Positions 30,196 through 40,459 are shown, counted from the first letter of the stretch. The stretch: 64,000 nucleotides of DNA from an uncultured Planctomycetota bacterium (GCA_902786505.1 CADACS010000002.1:6684-70683); one strand, 5' to 3'. A program made the numbers and translations. Notes: generated from the letters alone by a model not told the origin.

Positions 30196-30304
30196 CGTTT
30201 TTTTCCTCAGTTCTCTGTCGGCGCATGCGCCTAAAAACAAAAAAACTCGGACGCGCAAGGCTGGCGGCGACGTCCGAGTCAAAGAGAAAATCCTAAAACT
30301 TTAT

Positions 30305-31264
30305 TTACGCGGTAATACCGCGCGTCAGCGTCATAAACGCCGTTTCCAAGTTAATCTCTTCTTCACTGAACGACTTAATCCTAAACTTTTCCGCGACGAG
30401 CCGTGTGAGCAACTCCGAATACTCGTCGAGTCCAAGCCCTTTTTTAATAAAAGTGCGAATCGCGCCGCTCTTATCCAACTCGACGCGATCGACAATCTCG
30501 TCGTCCGAAAGAAACTTCATACATTTTTCAATTTTCTTCGAATACTGATCGTCTTTCGGTTCCGCCAATTCGATCAAGAGGGCGATTTGATCGCGAACGC
30601 GGCGCATAACGTCTTGAACTTCAGCGTTCACAAGCAGCTCGCCGCGCTCAATAATACCGACCTTGTTACACACGTCGGCAAGTTCGGGGAGGATATGGCT
30701 CGAAACCATAATCGTCTTTCCCTTCCCGCCAAGACGCTTGAGTAATTCACGAATCTCGATACGCGCTCGAGGGTCAAGTCCGCTGGCGGGCTCGTCGAGG
30801 AGCAACACCTGCGGATCGTGCAGGAGCACGCGCGCCAATCCTAACCGCTGAGTCATACCGCGGCTCAAACTGGTTACCAGCGCTTCACGTTTATAGCCAA
30901 GGTCGACGCGTTCAAGCGCCTCGTTGCAAACCTTACGGCGAGCTTCTCCCTTGATTCGGTACGCGGCTGCGAAAAACTCAAGATACTCTATAACTTTCAT
31001 ATCGTCATAAACGCCAAAAAAGTCCGGCATAAAACCGACTAAACGCCGGATTTCCTTTGGCTGCGTATAGATCGACATGCCGCAGACATACGCTTCGCCC
31101 CAAGTCGGCTGCAAAAGCGTCGCGAGCATCTTCATTGTCGTCGTCTTGCCCGAACCGTTCGGACCAATGAAACCGAAAAGATCGCCTTCCTGTAATTCGA
31201 GCGACAAATTTTTGAGGGCAAATAATTTGCCATACTGTTTCGTCAGTTCTTCAGTTTTAATCAT
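30305..31264 (-). CDS. ABC transporter ATP-binding protein (ABC-2/GldA-like, with a C-terminal accessory domain)
   Basis: Walker A is GPNGSGKTT, the signature motif is LSRGMTQR and Walker B is VLLLDEPASGLD. Confidence 0.9.
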   Translation of the reverse strand: MIKTEELTKQYGKLFALKNLSLELQEGDLFGFIGPNGSGKTTTMKMLATLLQPTWGEAYVCGMSIYTQPKEIRRLVGFMPDFFGVYDDMKVIEYLEFFAAAYRIKGEARRKVCNEALERVDLGYKREALVTSLSRGMTQRLGLARVLLHDPQVLLLDEPASGLDPRARIEIRELLKRLGGKGKTIMVSSHILPELADVCNKVGIIERGELLVNAEVQDVMRRVRDQIALLIELAEPKDDQYSKKIEKCMKFLSDDEIVDRVELDKSGAIRTFIKKGLGLDEYSELLTRLVAEKFRIKSFSEEEINLETAFMTLTRGITA

Positions 31265-31345
31265 TGGTTTTTCCGTTACGTTTTACGTAAAGAGCTTTGT
31301 TTAAATGTTATATCGTACAGCCGAAATTCGCGCCGCGGTAAAAAG

Positions 31346-33847
31346 CTATTCCTCGTTTACGCCGTAGGTCATCGGAACAATCAAACGCACGACGACGGTG
31401 CGGTTCTTCGCGGACGTGTCGGCAGAGCCGCCTGCGCGACCCCAACGCGCCGCCGTCGGTTCAAACTCGTCGCTGGACCCGGAAAGCCCGTATTTTTCAA
31501 TAGAGGCTTCCATAACGTTCTCGACCGTTTCGCCGCGCTGCGCCGCCATTTTACGGTCCAAACGCTCTATTTCGAGCGCGTCCGCCGATTTTTTGGCAAG
31601 TTCGTTCGACGCCGCATAGTCTTGATAACACGCGTCGACTACCGTCCCGTAAACGACGGCGCGGCCGCAACGCAAAAGCTCGCTCAAATCGACGTCGCGC
31701 TGAAGGCGTTTAGAAATCCCAAAATTTTCTTCGCCGCCGCCAAAATCATAGAACGAAGCCGTGCGCAGGATATACGGCAAACGCGTCGACGAATTATTGT
31801 ATGTATTGAGATTCCAACTCTTTAGTTTCACCGCGGGAACGGAAGACTTATTCTCGTTTAACGCGCGCGTCGGTTCAAGTCGCGTCATGCCGCGTTCAAG
31901 CTTAGTAAGTCCAGGGGCAAGCGTGCCTAACGAATAAGCGCCGCCGTTAAAGATAATAAAAGCCGAGTAAATAGGAACGTCAAACGGATTTAAAACCGAA
32001 CCGTGCAAGATCAGCCCGTCGTCGCGCAATTTAGGCGTTTCAGGCATATTTTGAAGTCGGCCCGTCCAACGCCCAAAGAAGCTCTTGCTCGACCGCGTCA
32101 TAAGAGGCGCGCCCGTAAGATTCGCCGCGTCCGACGTCTCGCCTACTTCGTAAGCGCCGCTCCAAACGCGCGTCATATACGACTTCTGCTCCGCGCCGCC
32201 AAGGCCGTCGCCCGCAAGCGTCAGGGGATAAACGCTGGAAAGAACGGTCGCCTGATCGACGGAACCGGAATTCTCAGAAGTAAAATCAAACGCGCCTGGC
32301 GCAAATTTGAATTCATACCGTTCGCCGACAGGAGAATAAAAACCAAACCAAGACGAATCGCGCGTCATACCCGACGCCATATCGACGTCAATTAAATCGA
32401 CTTGATTCATTGACGGTTCGTTGGGCGTCGACGACTTAAAAATCCAAATGGCGACGACGCTGAAGACTATTGCGAACAAAGGGAATGTAACCCATGTAAA
32501 GTTCGGTTTTTTTAGGCCTTTTTTTACAATAAGCCAATCAAGCGGCGCAATAACAAGCAGATACGCGAATATCAAACCGGCGACAAGAGAAAACGGCGAG
32601 ATTCTAACGCCTTCAAAGGAATCAAGCGCGCTGCGGACTTGCCCGGAAAGATCGACGTATCCGCGTTTAACAAAATTAGACCCGCCAGGCTTTGCGCCCG
32701 TTTTTTCCGGATCTATTCCAAGAACCTTCAGCATAAGCCGCCCGCGGCCGGACCAGTTTGCCAGAGGCGCTGTCGACAAGTCGCCGGCAAAATAAATAAT
32801 CGAACCGAGCCCGACCGGACGCGTAACAAGAAGCGGGGTTTCCACTTCTTGCATTTCAACGTTTGCGTACGGCTTTAAATCGGAAATAACGGGAACGCGA
32901 AGAAACGGATTCGATTTCGAGCCCGTCATTGCCAGGTTTTTAACGTTTTGCAACGCGGTAACCAGCGCGTTGACGTTGCGGAATTCCTGCGCGCGGTCGG
33001 CAATTGACGAGCCGGGCGAAAGATTCGCCAGCGCGCCGCCGGCGCTAAGAAGAGGAATCGCTTTTTCATCGGCAAAAAGAACGACTGAACCGCCTCGTTC
33101 AACCCACTCTTCAATCGCGCGAATTTTAGGCGAAGAACCGTCGACGCCGTCAAAGATATCCGCGTTTGACGTTGTAATAAACAGTTTGTCAAACGCCTCG
33201 TAGCATCGGGAATCTGTGGGAAGTTCGTCAAAAGACTCAACGCCGACAATGATCGGGCGGCGTTCTTCCTGCCAGCGCAATTCGGCAAACGCTTCGGAAA
33301 AACCGAGATTTTCCGAGCCTAGAACAAGATAAACCGGTCGAGACGAAGACGCGGGAGACGCGTACAGGATATCGGCGTCTTTTCCTGTTGATTTGCCGGA
33401 ACCGGTCGAAAAAACACGCTCGCTCACAACGCCGGCGCCGCCGCCTAACCGCACGGTTAATTGGGCGTTCGCTTTCGGAAAAACAAACCGCGCTTCTATC
33501 CTTCCCTGCTCTTTCTCTGAATCGCCAATCTCATATCGGGAAAAAAAGGGAGTGCCGTCGGAATCAACCGTCTCTAATTCCAAAAAGGAAAGATTAGACG
33601 CGCCCCCTTGCCAAGAGACGGCGACTCGAGTCGGAACGCCGCTCTTATATACGCCGGATATTCCAACTTGAAGTTTGGATACCGCCACGGCTGCAGGCGA
33701 AATTTGCGCCTCAGGCGTTTCCTCAACAGCGGAGTCGGCGAGACAGGAAACCGACGCCGCGCTCAAAGGAGCGCACAATATTACGACGCCGAGAATCGAC
33801 AATAAAGCCGCGCAAAAACTTTCCGATTCTTTTCGACTTCGTCTCAT
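31346..33847 (-). CDS. large membrane protein: periplasmic N-terminal region, central TM hairpin, ~370-aa C-terminal region (hypothetical)
   Basis: The track start at 33919 is a GTG overlapping the mazG-like gene. ATG at 33847 gives MRRSRKESESFCAALLSILGVVILCAPLSA. The TM pair is FSLVAGLIFAYLLVIAPL and WVTFPLFAIVFSVVAIWIF. The segment EEWVERGGSVVLFAD loosely resembles class-I glutamine-amidotransferase-like folds. Confidence 0.75.
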   Translation of the reverse strand: MRRSRKESESFCAALLSILGVVILCAPLSAASVSCLADSAVEETPEAQISPAAVAVSKLQVGISGVYKSGVPTRVAVSWQGGASNLSFLELETVDSDGTPFFSRYEIGDSEKEQGRIEARFVFPKANAQLTVRLGGGAGVVSERVFSTGSGKSTGKDADILYASPASSSRPVYLVLGSENLGFSEAFAELRWQEERRPIIVGVESFDELPTDSRCYEAFDKLFITTSNADIFDGVDGSSPKIRAIEEWVERGGSVVLFADEKAIPLLSAGGALANLSPGSSIADRAQEFRNVNALVTALQNVKNLAMTGSKSNPFLRVPVISDLKPYANVEMQEVETPLLVTRPVGLGSIIYFAGDLSTAPLANWSGRGRLMLKVLGIDPEKTGAKPGGSNFVKRGYVDLSGQVRSALDSFEGVRISPFSLVAGLIFAYLLVIAPLDWLIVKKGLKKPNFTWVTFPLFAIVFSVVAIWIFKSSTPNEPSMNQVDLIDVDMASGMTRDSSWFGFYSPVGERYEFKFAPGAFDFTSENSGSVDQATVLSSVYPLTLAGDGLGGAEQKSYMTRVWSGAYEVGETSDAANLTGAPLMTRSSKSFFGRWTGRLQNMPETPKLRDDGLILHGSVLNPFDVPIYSAFIIFNGGAYSLGTLAPGLTKLERGMTRLEPTRALNENKSSVPAVKLKSWNLNTYNNSSTRLPYILRTASFYDFGGGEENFGISKRLQRDVDLSELLRCGRAVVYGTVVDACYQDYAASNELAKKSADALEIERLDRKMAAQRGETVENVMEASIEKYGLSGSSDEFEPTAARWGRAGGSADTSAKNRTVVVRLIVPMTYGVNEE

Positions 33848-33915
33848 TTTATTTCTCGCAACCTTCACTCTTTTTATACGTCGACGCTCGACGGACCATG
33901 CCGTAACGGCGCGTT

Positions 33916-34248
33916 TCACGGCTTTTCAGAATTAGGACATTCACAAACAAGTTTGCCGCAGCCGGGACACCCGGCCCCGTATTTATCAACCAAAGCCTTA
34001 TTGAGATCTACGCCGACAACGTTCGCAATAGTCGTAAGCCACGCCAACACGTCGGCAAATTCCTCTTCCATCTCTTTATGCGTTCCGCTGCGAAGAGCTG
34101 TGGAAAGTTCGCCAACTTCCTCTATCAACCACATAAACGTGCCCGCAACGCCGCGTTCAACGTCTTTTTCAACGTACATCTTGCGAATAAGCCCCTGAAA
34201 ATCAGGGATCGAGAGTTCCTTAATGGGAGCGCTTTCCTCGCTTGTCAT
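33916..34248 (-). CDS. MazG-like nucleotide pyrophosphohydrolase
   Basis: 110 aa. EEVGEL...EEFADVLAWL is the EExxE...ExxD MazG pattern. The C-terminus is CPGCGKLVCECP. Confidence 0.85.
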   Translation of the reverse strand: MTSEESAPIKELSIPDFQGLIRKMYVEKDVERGVAGTFMWLIEEVGELSTALRSGTHKEMEEEFADVLAWLTTIANVVGVDLNKALVDKYGAGCPGCGKLVCECPNSEKP

Positions 34249-34403
34249 CTTATTAACTTTCCTTCAAGTTGCAGCCGCGGCGGCAGACCGAAACGTTGTC
34301 TAGTTACTCCCCGACGCGGGAAACGCCGGGCGAATTCATTATAGCGCAATCGCCGCGCAACGCTAGTCCCCAAAGCGTTCTGAACGCGCGGCGTTGGATA
34401 AAA

Positions 34404-35501
34404 TCAGCGAGACAGGCAAGAAGTCTGGCCTATTAACGCTTCCTGAAATAAAGGCGACGCGAAAACGCTTGTAGTTTCCAGCGTGTATGGAGGATCGGCG
34501 TCGTCAGAGGCCTGAAGGAGTAAATATTCAATAGCCCCCTTCTCTAGAGCCAGCTCACGTGAAACGCGATCGACTATTTCGGGGAATTCTTCGCCCCCCA
34601 CAACGCACAGCGCGCTGGCAAGCGCGTCGGCGGCAGTCGCCGTCGGCGCCAGAACCGACGCGACGCAACGCCGCGTCAGCGGCTCGCACGTGCGCGGATC
34701 AATAATGTGGGAGTAGCGAACGCCGTCTATTTCCACATACCGATTCGCGTCGCCCGAGGCGCAAATTCCAACGTCGCTTAACTCGCAATAACACGCCGGC
34801 TCGGAATTAAGGGACGCCACGCCGATCTTCCACCCTTTTTTTCCGGGCGGCGCCGCGCCCAGGCGCAAATCCCCGCTGGCGTCGACTAAAACGGATTTTA
34901 CGCCAAGATTCTGAGCGGCTTTTAACGCTTCGTCCAGCGCGATTCCTTTGGCTATTCCTCCGACGTCAAACCGAACGTTCGGCTCGGTTTTAACGCCGCG
35001 CGCGTCGAGCGACCATACGTCTAATCCAACGAGTTTTTTTGCCGGCTGAAGCGCGCTTTCAGGAGGTCTGGAATGAAAATACCTGCTTCTGCGCCATAAC
35101 TTAACGATCGGACTTACCGTAGCGTCAAAGGCGCCCCCGGTCCATTCGCAAAACTTACGGGATTCTTCCAAAGCTAAACGCAGATCAGGACTGACCTCGA
35201 CAAAACCGCCGCTTTCGGCCGACTTGCGGCATACTTGAATAATCTCGCTTTCCGGATCGTAATCGGAAAGCGTCGCGTTCAATTCGTCAAACCGTTTCCA
35301 TACGGCGTTCGAAACGGCGAGCGCTTGGTCCTCGTTCGCGGCGTAAAGAATAACGCGTACTGGAACGCCCATCTTTTCGGCGGCGTATTCATACCTTTTC
35401 AGAGACTCGGAACCTGAACCGTCGTCTGAACGGGCGTTTGCCGTTAAAACAAAAACGCAAGCAATAGAAATAAAAAATAAAAGAAACCTGTATCTTTTCA
35501 C
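34404..35501 (-). CDS. apbE: FAD:protein FMN transferase (ApbE family), exported
   Basis: GTG start. The signal-like N-terminus is MKRYRFLLFFISIACVFVLTANA. FDATVSP, GGIAKG and HIIDPRT are ApbE-type motifs. Confidence 0.85.
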   Translation of the reverse strand: MKRYRFLLFFISIACVFVLTANARSDDGSGSESLKRYEYAAEKMGVPVRVILYAANEDQALAVSNAVWKRFDELNATLSDYDPESEIIQVCRKSAESGGFVEVSPDLRLALEESRKFCEWTGGAFDATVSPIVKLWRRSRYFHSRPPESALQPAKKLVGLDVWSLDARGVKTEPNVRFDVGGIAKGIALDEALKAAQNLGVKSVLVDASGDLRLGAAPPGKKGWKIGVASLNSEPACYCELSDVGICASGDANRYVEIDGVRYSHIIDPRTCEPLTRRCVASVLAPTATAADALASALCVVGGEEFPEIVDRVSRELALEKGAIEYLLLQASDDADPPYTLETTSVFASPLFQEALIGQTSCLSR

Positions 35502-35611
35502 AGCGCGGCCCGCATTTCAGTATACGCGTCAGTCAGACGCAATAAAACTAAAAACGCCGGCTTATAAAAGTCGGCGTTCATTGCAAAATATTTAAACTCA
35601 ATGTTTAACAC

Positions 35612-36721
35612 TTAGTTCAACGGCATAACGACATAGGCGTAATCGTCGCTCGTTTCAAAGAGCGTCGCTTTATCTGCCTGAAGGAAGTAGAACGAAATCG
35701 TCTCTTCGGCCGGCAAACAGCGGAAAAACTCATTGAGGAACCGAGGGTCAAGCCGTATCGAACTCGCCTCTCCGTCGTACGCGATCGGAATATCGACGTT
35801 CGATTCGCCAACTTCGTCGCCGGCCGCCGCGACGCTTACCTTGCCGGACGAAAAACTAAACCAGACGCCAGGTTTCTTTTCCGTCGCGACAATCTCAGCC
35901 TGACGCACGGCGCTCGCAAGCTGCCCCGCAATAAAATCAACGTGGATTTTCCCGCTCTTATCGGGAACAATCTGACGCCATTTTGGAAAACGCCCTTCCA
36001 TAAGAGTCGTCGATACGACTACGTTTCCAAGCTGAATAAGCGCCTGCGCCTCTTTAATAGCAATCAACGCTTCTTCAACTTCGCCCGCGGCGCGTTCAAT
36101 AAGATTCAACGCTTTTGGCGGGAAGACAATCGTATCGGCGGGCGCATGATCCCCGACCGCCTCGGCGGAACGCGTTTGAAACGCCAGACGCCGACCGTCG
36201 GTCGCGACGGAAGTAATACGGTCGGGAGCAAAATCAAAAAGGACGCCGCCGAGAGAATAGTGCGCGTTCTCGGCGTCGGTGGCAAACGAGGTGCGGCGAA
36301 TCATTTCGCCAAGGGACTTGGTCGCGATCTTATGATAGGCCGTCTCTTCAAACGCCGGCACTGTGGGAAAGTCGTTTGCGGACCAAGTCGTAAGCTGATA
36401 CCTGAAATTGGCGCCGCGAACGCCAAGCGTCGTGCCGTCTAATTCCAAAGTGATCTCTTCGTCTGTCGTTTCCGTAAGAATCTTGCGCAACAGCTTCGCC
36501 GGCAAGATCGCCTCGCCGGAACTCTCAACCACAAACCCGTCGTCGACAGACAATTCTCCCTGCGCGCCAAGATTGCCGTCAGTCGCCGTTAAGACCAACT
36601 TATTGTCGTCGGCAACCATCTTGACGTTTTGTAACGCGGGGCGAACGTCGCGAGTTGAAGTAAAGGACGCTATCAAGTTAAACAAAGGGACAAACTTTTC
36701 GCGGCGACAACGAACTTTCAT
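35612..36721 (-). CDS. dnaN: DNA polymerase III beta sliding clamp
   Basis: Internal ATG at 36721 (MKVRCRREKFVPLFNLIASFTS...ALQNVKMVADDNKLVLTATDG). About 370 aa with the three-domain clamp pattern, ending ...YAYVVMPL. Confidence 0.9.
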   Translation of the reverse strand: MKVRCRREKFVPLFNLIASFTSTRDVRPALQNVKMVADDNKLVLTATDGNLGAQGELSVDDGFVVESSGEAILPAKLLRKILTETTDEEITLELDGTTLGVRGANFRYQLTTWSANDFPTVPAFEETAYHKIATKSLGEMIRRTSFATDAENAHYSLGGVLFDFAPDRITSVATDGRRLAFQTRSAEAVGDHAPADTIVFPPKALNLIERAAGEVEEALIAIKEAQALIQLGNVVVSTTLMEGRFPKWRQIVPDKSGKIHVDFIAGQLASAVRQAEIVATEKKPGVWFSFSSGKVSVAAAGDEVGESNVDIPIAYDGEASSIRLDPRFLNEFFRCLPAEETISFYFLQADKATLFETSDDYAYVVMPLN

Positions 36722-36849
36722 TTCAGATCCTGTTACTACGAGAGTGTGATATTTCCGGTGAAATCCATAACGCAGAATGCTTTTATGAATACAAGTTTCG
36801 CATAAGCATTCCCCATATTTGCCTATTATATATATATTACTCAATTTTT

Positions 36850-37340
36850 CAATGGACCGTGCTATTTGTTTGCGCGGCCGCTATTCATTTGTTTCTGGCT
36901 CTCAAACTGCCCGACAACTCTCAATAATAAAACTGCCGTTTTATTTCACAGTCTATTAAATAAAACAGGGGAATAATACCAAAACAGTCTTTTATAAAAT
37001 AAAACGAATTGAATAAATTTATTTATATTTAAAATATTAATGTATTAATAGTAATAGAGTCTCGAACAATATTGTAAATAACTTTTATTCTATTTAACTA
37101 ATGCCTGAATTCAAATTGAGATAAAAATATTAAATCGTTGTTGATTATCTAAAATAAGGTTGTATTTTTAATGATTATTTATGAATATCAACGTCAGTAA
37201 AATATACTTTTATTTATTATGAATATTAAAACAAATTAAAAGTAAAAACATTTAAATTAAATTAAATAACAGAAAATAAACATAGGTAAACAGTGTAAAA
37301 GAAGACGCGAATTTTAGGATTGGCGTTCGAAATAAGAATT
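36850..37340. other. very AT-rich non-coding block upstream of dnaN (candidate unwinding element / oriC region)
   Basis: About 0.5 kb that is overwhelmingly A/T, in an otherwise GC-rich window. No ORF. Short reiterations are present (AATAAAAC x3, AAATT x3). Confidence 0.35.
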
Positions 37341-37533
37341 AAGATTAATTAGAATTGCCCGCGTCAATAGACTTCGTGTCTTTTGGCCTATAACGTCTCC
37401 TGAAAGAAAAGAGGCAAGCTTGGGCATGCGAGTTAAGTGTTGTATGACGATCTAACGCCCAAGGTTTTTCTGACTGTCCGATGATTTCCGTCAGAACTAA
37501 GTCGTCGACTCGCGGAGAAGTATATTTGCTAAC

Positions 37534-37575
37534 TTCTGTATAAAAACGTCGCCCCATGAGGCTTTTTATACAGAA
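37534..37575. repeat. 13-bp perfect inverted repeat (TTCTGTATAAAAA ... TTTTTATACAGAA) with a 16-nt loop
   Basis: Arms read directly at 37534..37546 and 37563..37575. Confidence 0.8.
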
Positions 37576-37938
37576 AAAACAGTTGAAGCGGACAAAGAAT
37601 AAGATGAAAGAGGAGGAGAGGTAAAACGAAGAGTTGGCGCGCCGGTCTTGAACGAGTCGCAGCGCTTTTTAAATTTCCTATGCCTCGGGGAGGGGAGATT
37701 ACACTCTTGACTGTTTGGTCCGTACGTTACAAACACGGGAAGTCGAGAAGTCGATTGCGGCGTTAAACAATGCGTTGTATGTTCCAAAGACGTCTGTCTA
37801 AGATTTAGTTCTCTGTTTCCGATGTTTTGAGGAATAAGAAAAGCTTCAGCCCCAGCGCTGCGGCGATCTTGGTGTCGTTCTTGCCGCAGCGAAAGCCGTC
37901 CTTTTCGGAAAGCCCGATATAAGGACGCAAGATTTGTT

Positions 37939-38928
37939 TTACTTATCGAGAGCCTGACGGACGTCGGAGTGCGAGAAGAGATAGTACCCTACCCCGACGA
38001 GCGCGACAATAACGGTTGCAATTCGGTACGTGAAACCGATCGTCATGCCATATCCCGCTTCAAACGGCGCGCGGCCCGCAATAGCAAAGAGGGGATAAAG
38101 TTCGTCGAGAAAATATTCAAACGGCCCTGCGGACAGCGGAATGATCGAGCCAACGTTTCCGACGCAGTACAGAATGAAGTGGTCGATGAGCGAAGGCGTT
38201 GCTCCGTACAGCGCGCGCGCAAAGAAAAAAAGGGAAATCGCGAAAAAGGAATGAACAACGAACGTAGCGCATAGCGAGAGAAAAAGCGTTTTTTTCTTAT
38301 CGCGGTAAATGAGCGCGGCAGAGGTTAATTTCTCCATAACGCCGCCTATAAACGGAATCTTTGACGCGATTTTGATTCGAACGTTCTTTTCGCTCGCCGG
38401 CGCGACGATAAAGGCTAAAAAAACGGTGGTTCCGACCGTTAAAACAGCGAGCCCTTGCGTTACAAATTTACACAGAGGATTAGGATTAGCGTAGAATCCT
38501 GTCGCAAGTAAAACGGCAAGTCCCAAAAGGAACATGGCGTACAGTCCGACGACGCGGTCGATAACCACGCTTGCCGCCGCCCGTTCCGCGGAAACGTTGT
38601 TCTTTTTAACAAGAAGTACCGCTTTTACCGCGTCGCCGCCAATAATTCCTATCGGCGAAAGATTAAACATAAAACCGATAAAGCCGTATTTTAGCGCGTC
38701 CGACGTTGGAAGAGGATCGCCGAGAGCGCGTACAAGCGCTCGCCAGCGGATAATCGTTATAACCGTCGCCGCTAAGTTGAAAAAAAAGCCAATCGCCAAG
38801 TAATTAATGTTAACGGCCCTGGAAGAGAGTTCAGAAAAAGCCGATCCGGGAGCGGCGCGGTAGATTAAATAAGCAAACAACCCAACGATAAAGATAAGTT
38901 TGACAATGAATACGAGAGCTTTTTTCAT
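37939..38928 (-). CDS. UPF0104 / lysylphosphatidylglycerol-synthase TM-region family (flippase-like) membrane protein
   Basis: 329 aa and polytopic. IIRWRALVRALG...KYGFIGFMFNLSPIGIIGGDAVKAVLL is typical of this family. Confidence 0.8.
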   Translation of the reverse strand: MKKALVFIVKLIFIVGLFAYLIYRAAPGSAFSELSSRAVNINYLAIGFFFNLAATVITIIRWRALVRALGDPLPTSDALKYGFIGFMFNLSPIGIIGGDAVKAVLLVKKNNVSAERAAASVVIDRVVGLYAMFLLGLAVLLATGFYANPNPLCKFVTQGLAVLTVGTTVFLAFIVAPASEKNVRIKIASKIPFIGGVMEKLTSAALIYRDKKKTLFLSLCATFVVHSFFAISLFFFARALYGATPSLIDHFILYCVGNVGSIIPLSAGPFEYFLDELYPLFAIAGRAPFEAGYGMTIGFTYRIATVIVALVGVGYYLFSHSDVRQALDK

Positions 38929-39319
38929 AACGTTTTTGATTCTTTAAACGTTCCGCAGTTTTAGGGAGTTTTAACGTTGGGCGCCGGTAATCTCATTCTA
39001 TGAAGTAACGGCAAAAAGTCTATAAGCCCGGAAAAACTAAAACAGAGGTTGTGCTGGATATATCTTGTAGAATTGGTAAACTTGATATAATACATATAAA
39101 TAGGTTGTTTTGGTAATGGAGAGAAGATTGGGAATTTAAAGTTTTTTGATAATCCTTCTTCATAGAGGTGAAAATGAGAGTATAATTGGACTGGTTATCT
39201 CCGCCATGATTTCGCGGGTAGTTTTGACGTTTACCGCCACGCGGCGCTAGGCGCCTCGAAACTTATTAAACGGTAGACGGTTGCGTTTTTAACGCGATAT
39301 ATACAGGGATTTGTGTAGC

Positions 39320-40045
39320 ATGAGAAACATTAGTAGATCGGCGGTTGAAGCGCTTGTGCGTCAGCTTCTCAAAGAGACAGACGGTAAAGCCGACGGAGTC
39401 GCCGACGCAGTAGTTTCTGTGTTGAATCAGTCTAATGAAGCCCAGTCTAACACGGTCGTTCAACCTAAAAAGTCTGAGTTAGTCGTCAGTATTTCCGCGC
39501 GTCATATCCATCTTACCGACGCCGACGTTGAAACGCTGTTCGGCAAAGGAAAGAAGCTGACGAAGATGAAGGACTTGTACCAAGACGGTTTCTTCGCGGC
39601 CAACGAGACGGTTATGCTCATTGGCCCGCGCAAAAGAATGCTGCCGTCGGTTCGTATTCTCGGTCCTACGCGTAAAGAATCGCAGGTGGAGCTTGCGTTT
39701 ACCGACGCGATTTCGCTCGGATTAGATCCGCCCGTGCGCGAGAGCGGAAAATTAGAGGGCACGCCCGGATGCGTTCTTGTCGGTCCGGCAGGCGTCGTCG
39801 ATCTTAAAAAAGGCGTTATCCGCGCCGCGCGTCATGTCCATATGTCCCCAGAAGAAGCCGCTTATTACGGCGTTAAAGACAAGGATATGATGAAGCTGCG
39901 CGTTACGTCCGGCGAATGTTCCGTCGTCTTTGAAGACGTGCTTGTCCGCGTCGGAAAGAATATCAAATTGGAAGTTCACCTCGACACCGACGAGGGGAAC
40001 GCCGTCGACTTGGAACATGCGACGAAAGTTGAGTTGATTAAATAG
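39320..40045 (+). CDS. pduL: phosphate propanoyl/acyl-transferase PduL (BMC-associated)
   Basis: The track start at 39311 is a TTG; ATG at 39320 is used. Two PduL repeats (ISARHIHLT..., [12 protein letters not shown]). The N-terminal amphipathic helix is [13 protein letters not shown]. Confidence 0.9.
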   Translation: MRNISRSAVEALVRQLLKETDGKADGVADAVVSVLNQSNEAQSNTVVQPKKSELVVSISARHIHLTDADVETLFGKGKKLTKMKDLYQDGFFAANETVMLIGPRKRMLPSVRILGPTRKESQVELAFTDAISLGLDPPVRESGKLEGTPGCVLVGPAGVVDLKKGVIRAARHVHMSPEEAAYYGVKDKDMMKLRVTSGECSVVFEDVLVRVGKNIKLEVHLDTDEGNAVDLEHATKVELIK

Positions 40046-40153
40046 TTTACTATTAGCAAATAGGAAAGTATTTAAAGATATAAATAAAAAGTAAGGTCAT
40101 TCGGAACGTAAGCGCCGTTTGATTTAACTCTTTCATTTGAACTGGAGAAAGAA

Positions 40154-40459
40154 ATGGCAAAACCGATGCAAGCGTTGGGAATTCTCGAAGGCAAGGGATT
40201 CGTTACCCTTTTTGAAGCGACGGACGCAATGTTGAAGGCTGCGAACGTTGAATTCCTGGGTTGGGATAAACCGGGTAGCGGGATCGTTACCGTCTACGTT
40301 ACCGGCGACGTCGCCGCAGTTAAGGCCGCGACCGACGCCGGCGTTGCCGCCGCGTCCCGTATCGGCGAGATCACCGGCGTTCAGGTTATCGCCCGTCCGG
40401 ACGACGACGTCGAAAAAGTTCTTCCGCAGGTTAAGAAGACCGTCGCGGCGGCCAAGTGA
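40154..40459 (+). CDS. BMC-H shell protein (PduA/EutM-type hexamer, PF00936-like)
   Basis: ALGILEGKGFVTLFEATDAMLKAANVEF...VTGDVAAVKAATDAG. RBS is GGAGAAAG. Confidence 0.95.
   Translation: MAKPMQALGILEGKGFVTLFEATDAMLKAANVEFLGWDKPGSGIVTVYVTGDVAAVKAATDAGVAAASRIGEITGVQVIARPDDDVEKVLPQVKKTVAAAK

Noticed and set aside
34553-34566. Extra partial matches to the palindrome: CACGTGAAACG inside apbE, CGTTTCACGT at 13037, CGTTTCACGG at 33912, and GTGAAAC/TTTTCAC in the 63801 terminator.
   Set aside because: These are only half-sites. A 7-mer is expected several times in 64 kb on both strands, so they are not counted as copies.
37345-37787. Two small minus-strand ORFs (70 and 73 aa).
   Set aside because: They have no RBS, odd composition and no motifs. 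The region is treated as non-coding.
36850-39319. Canonical DnaA boxes (TTATCCACA / TGTGGATAA).
   Set aside because: None was found by eye. The nearest matches have 2 or more mismatches. The origin idea is therefore kept only as a low-confidence inference.
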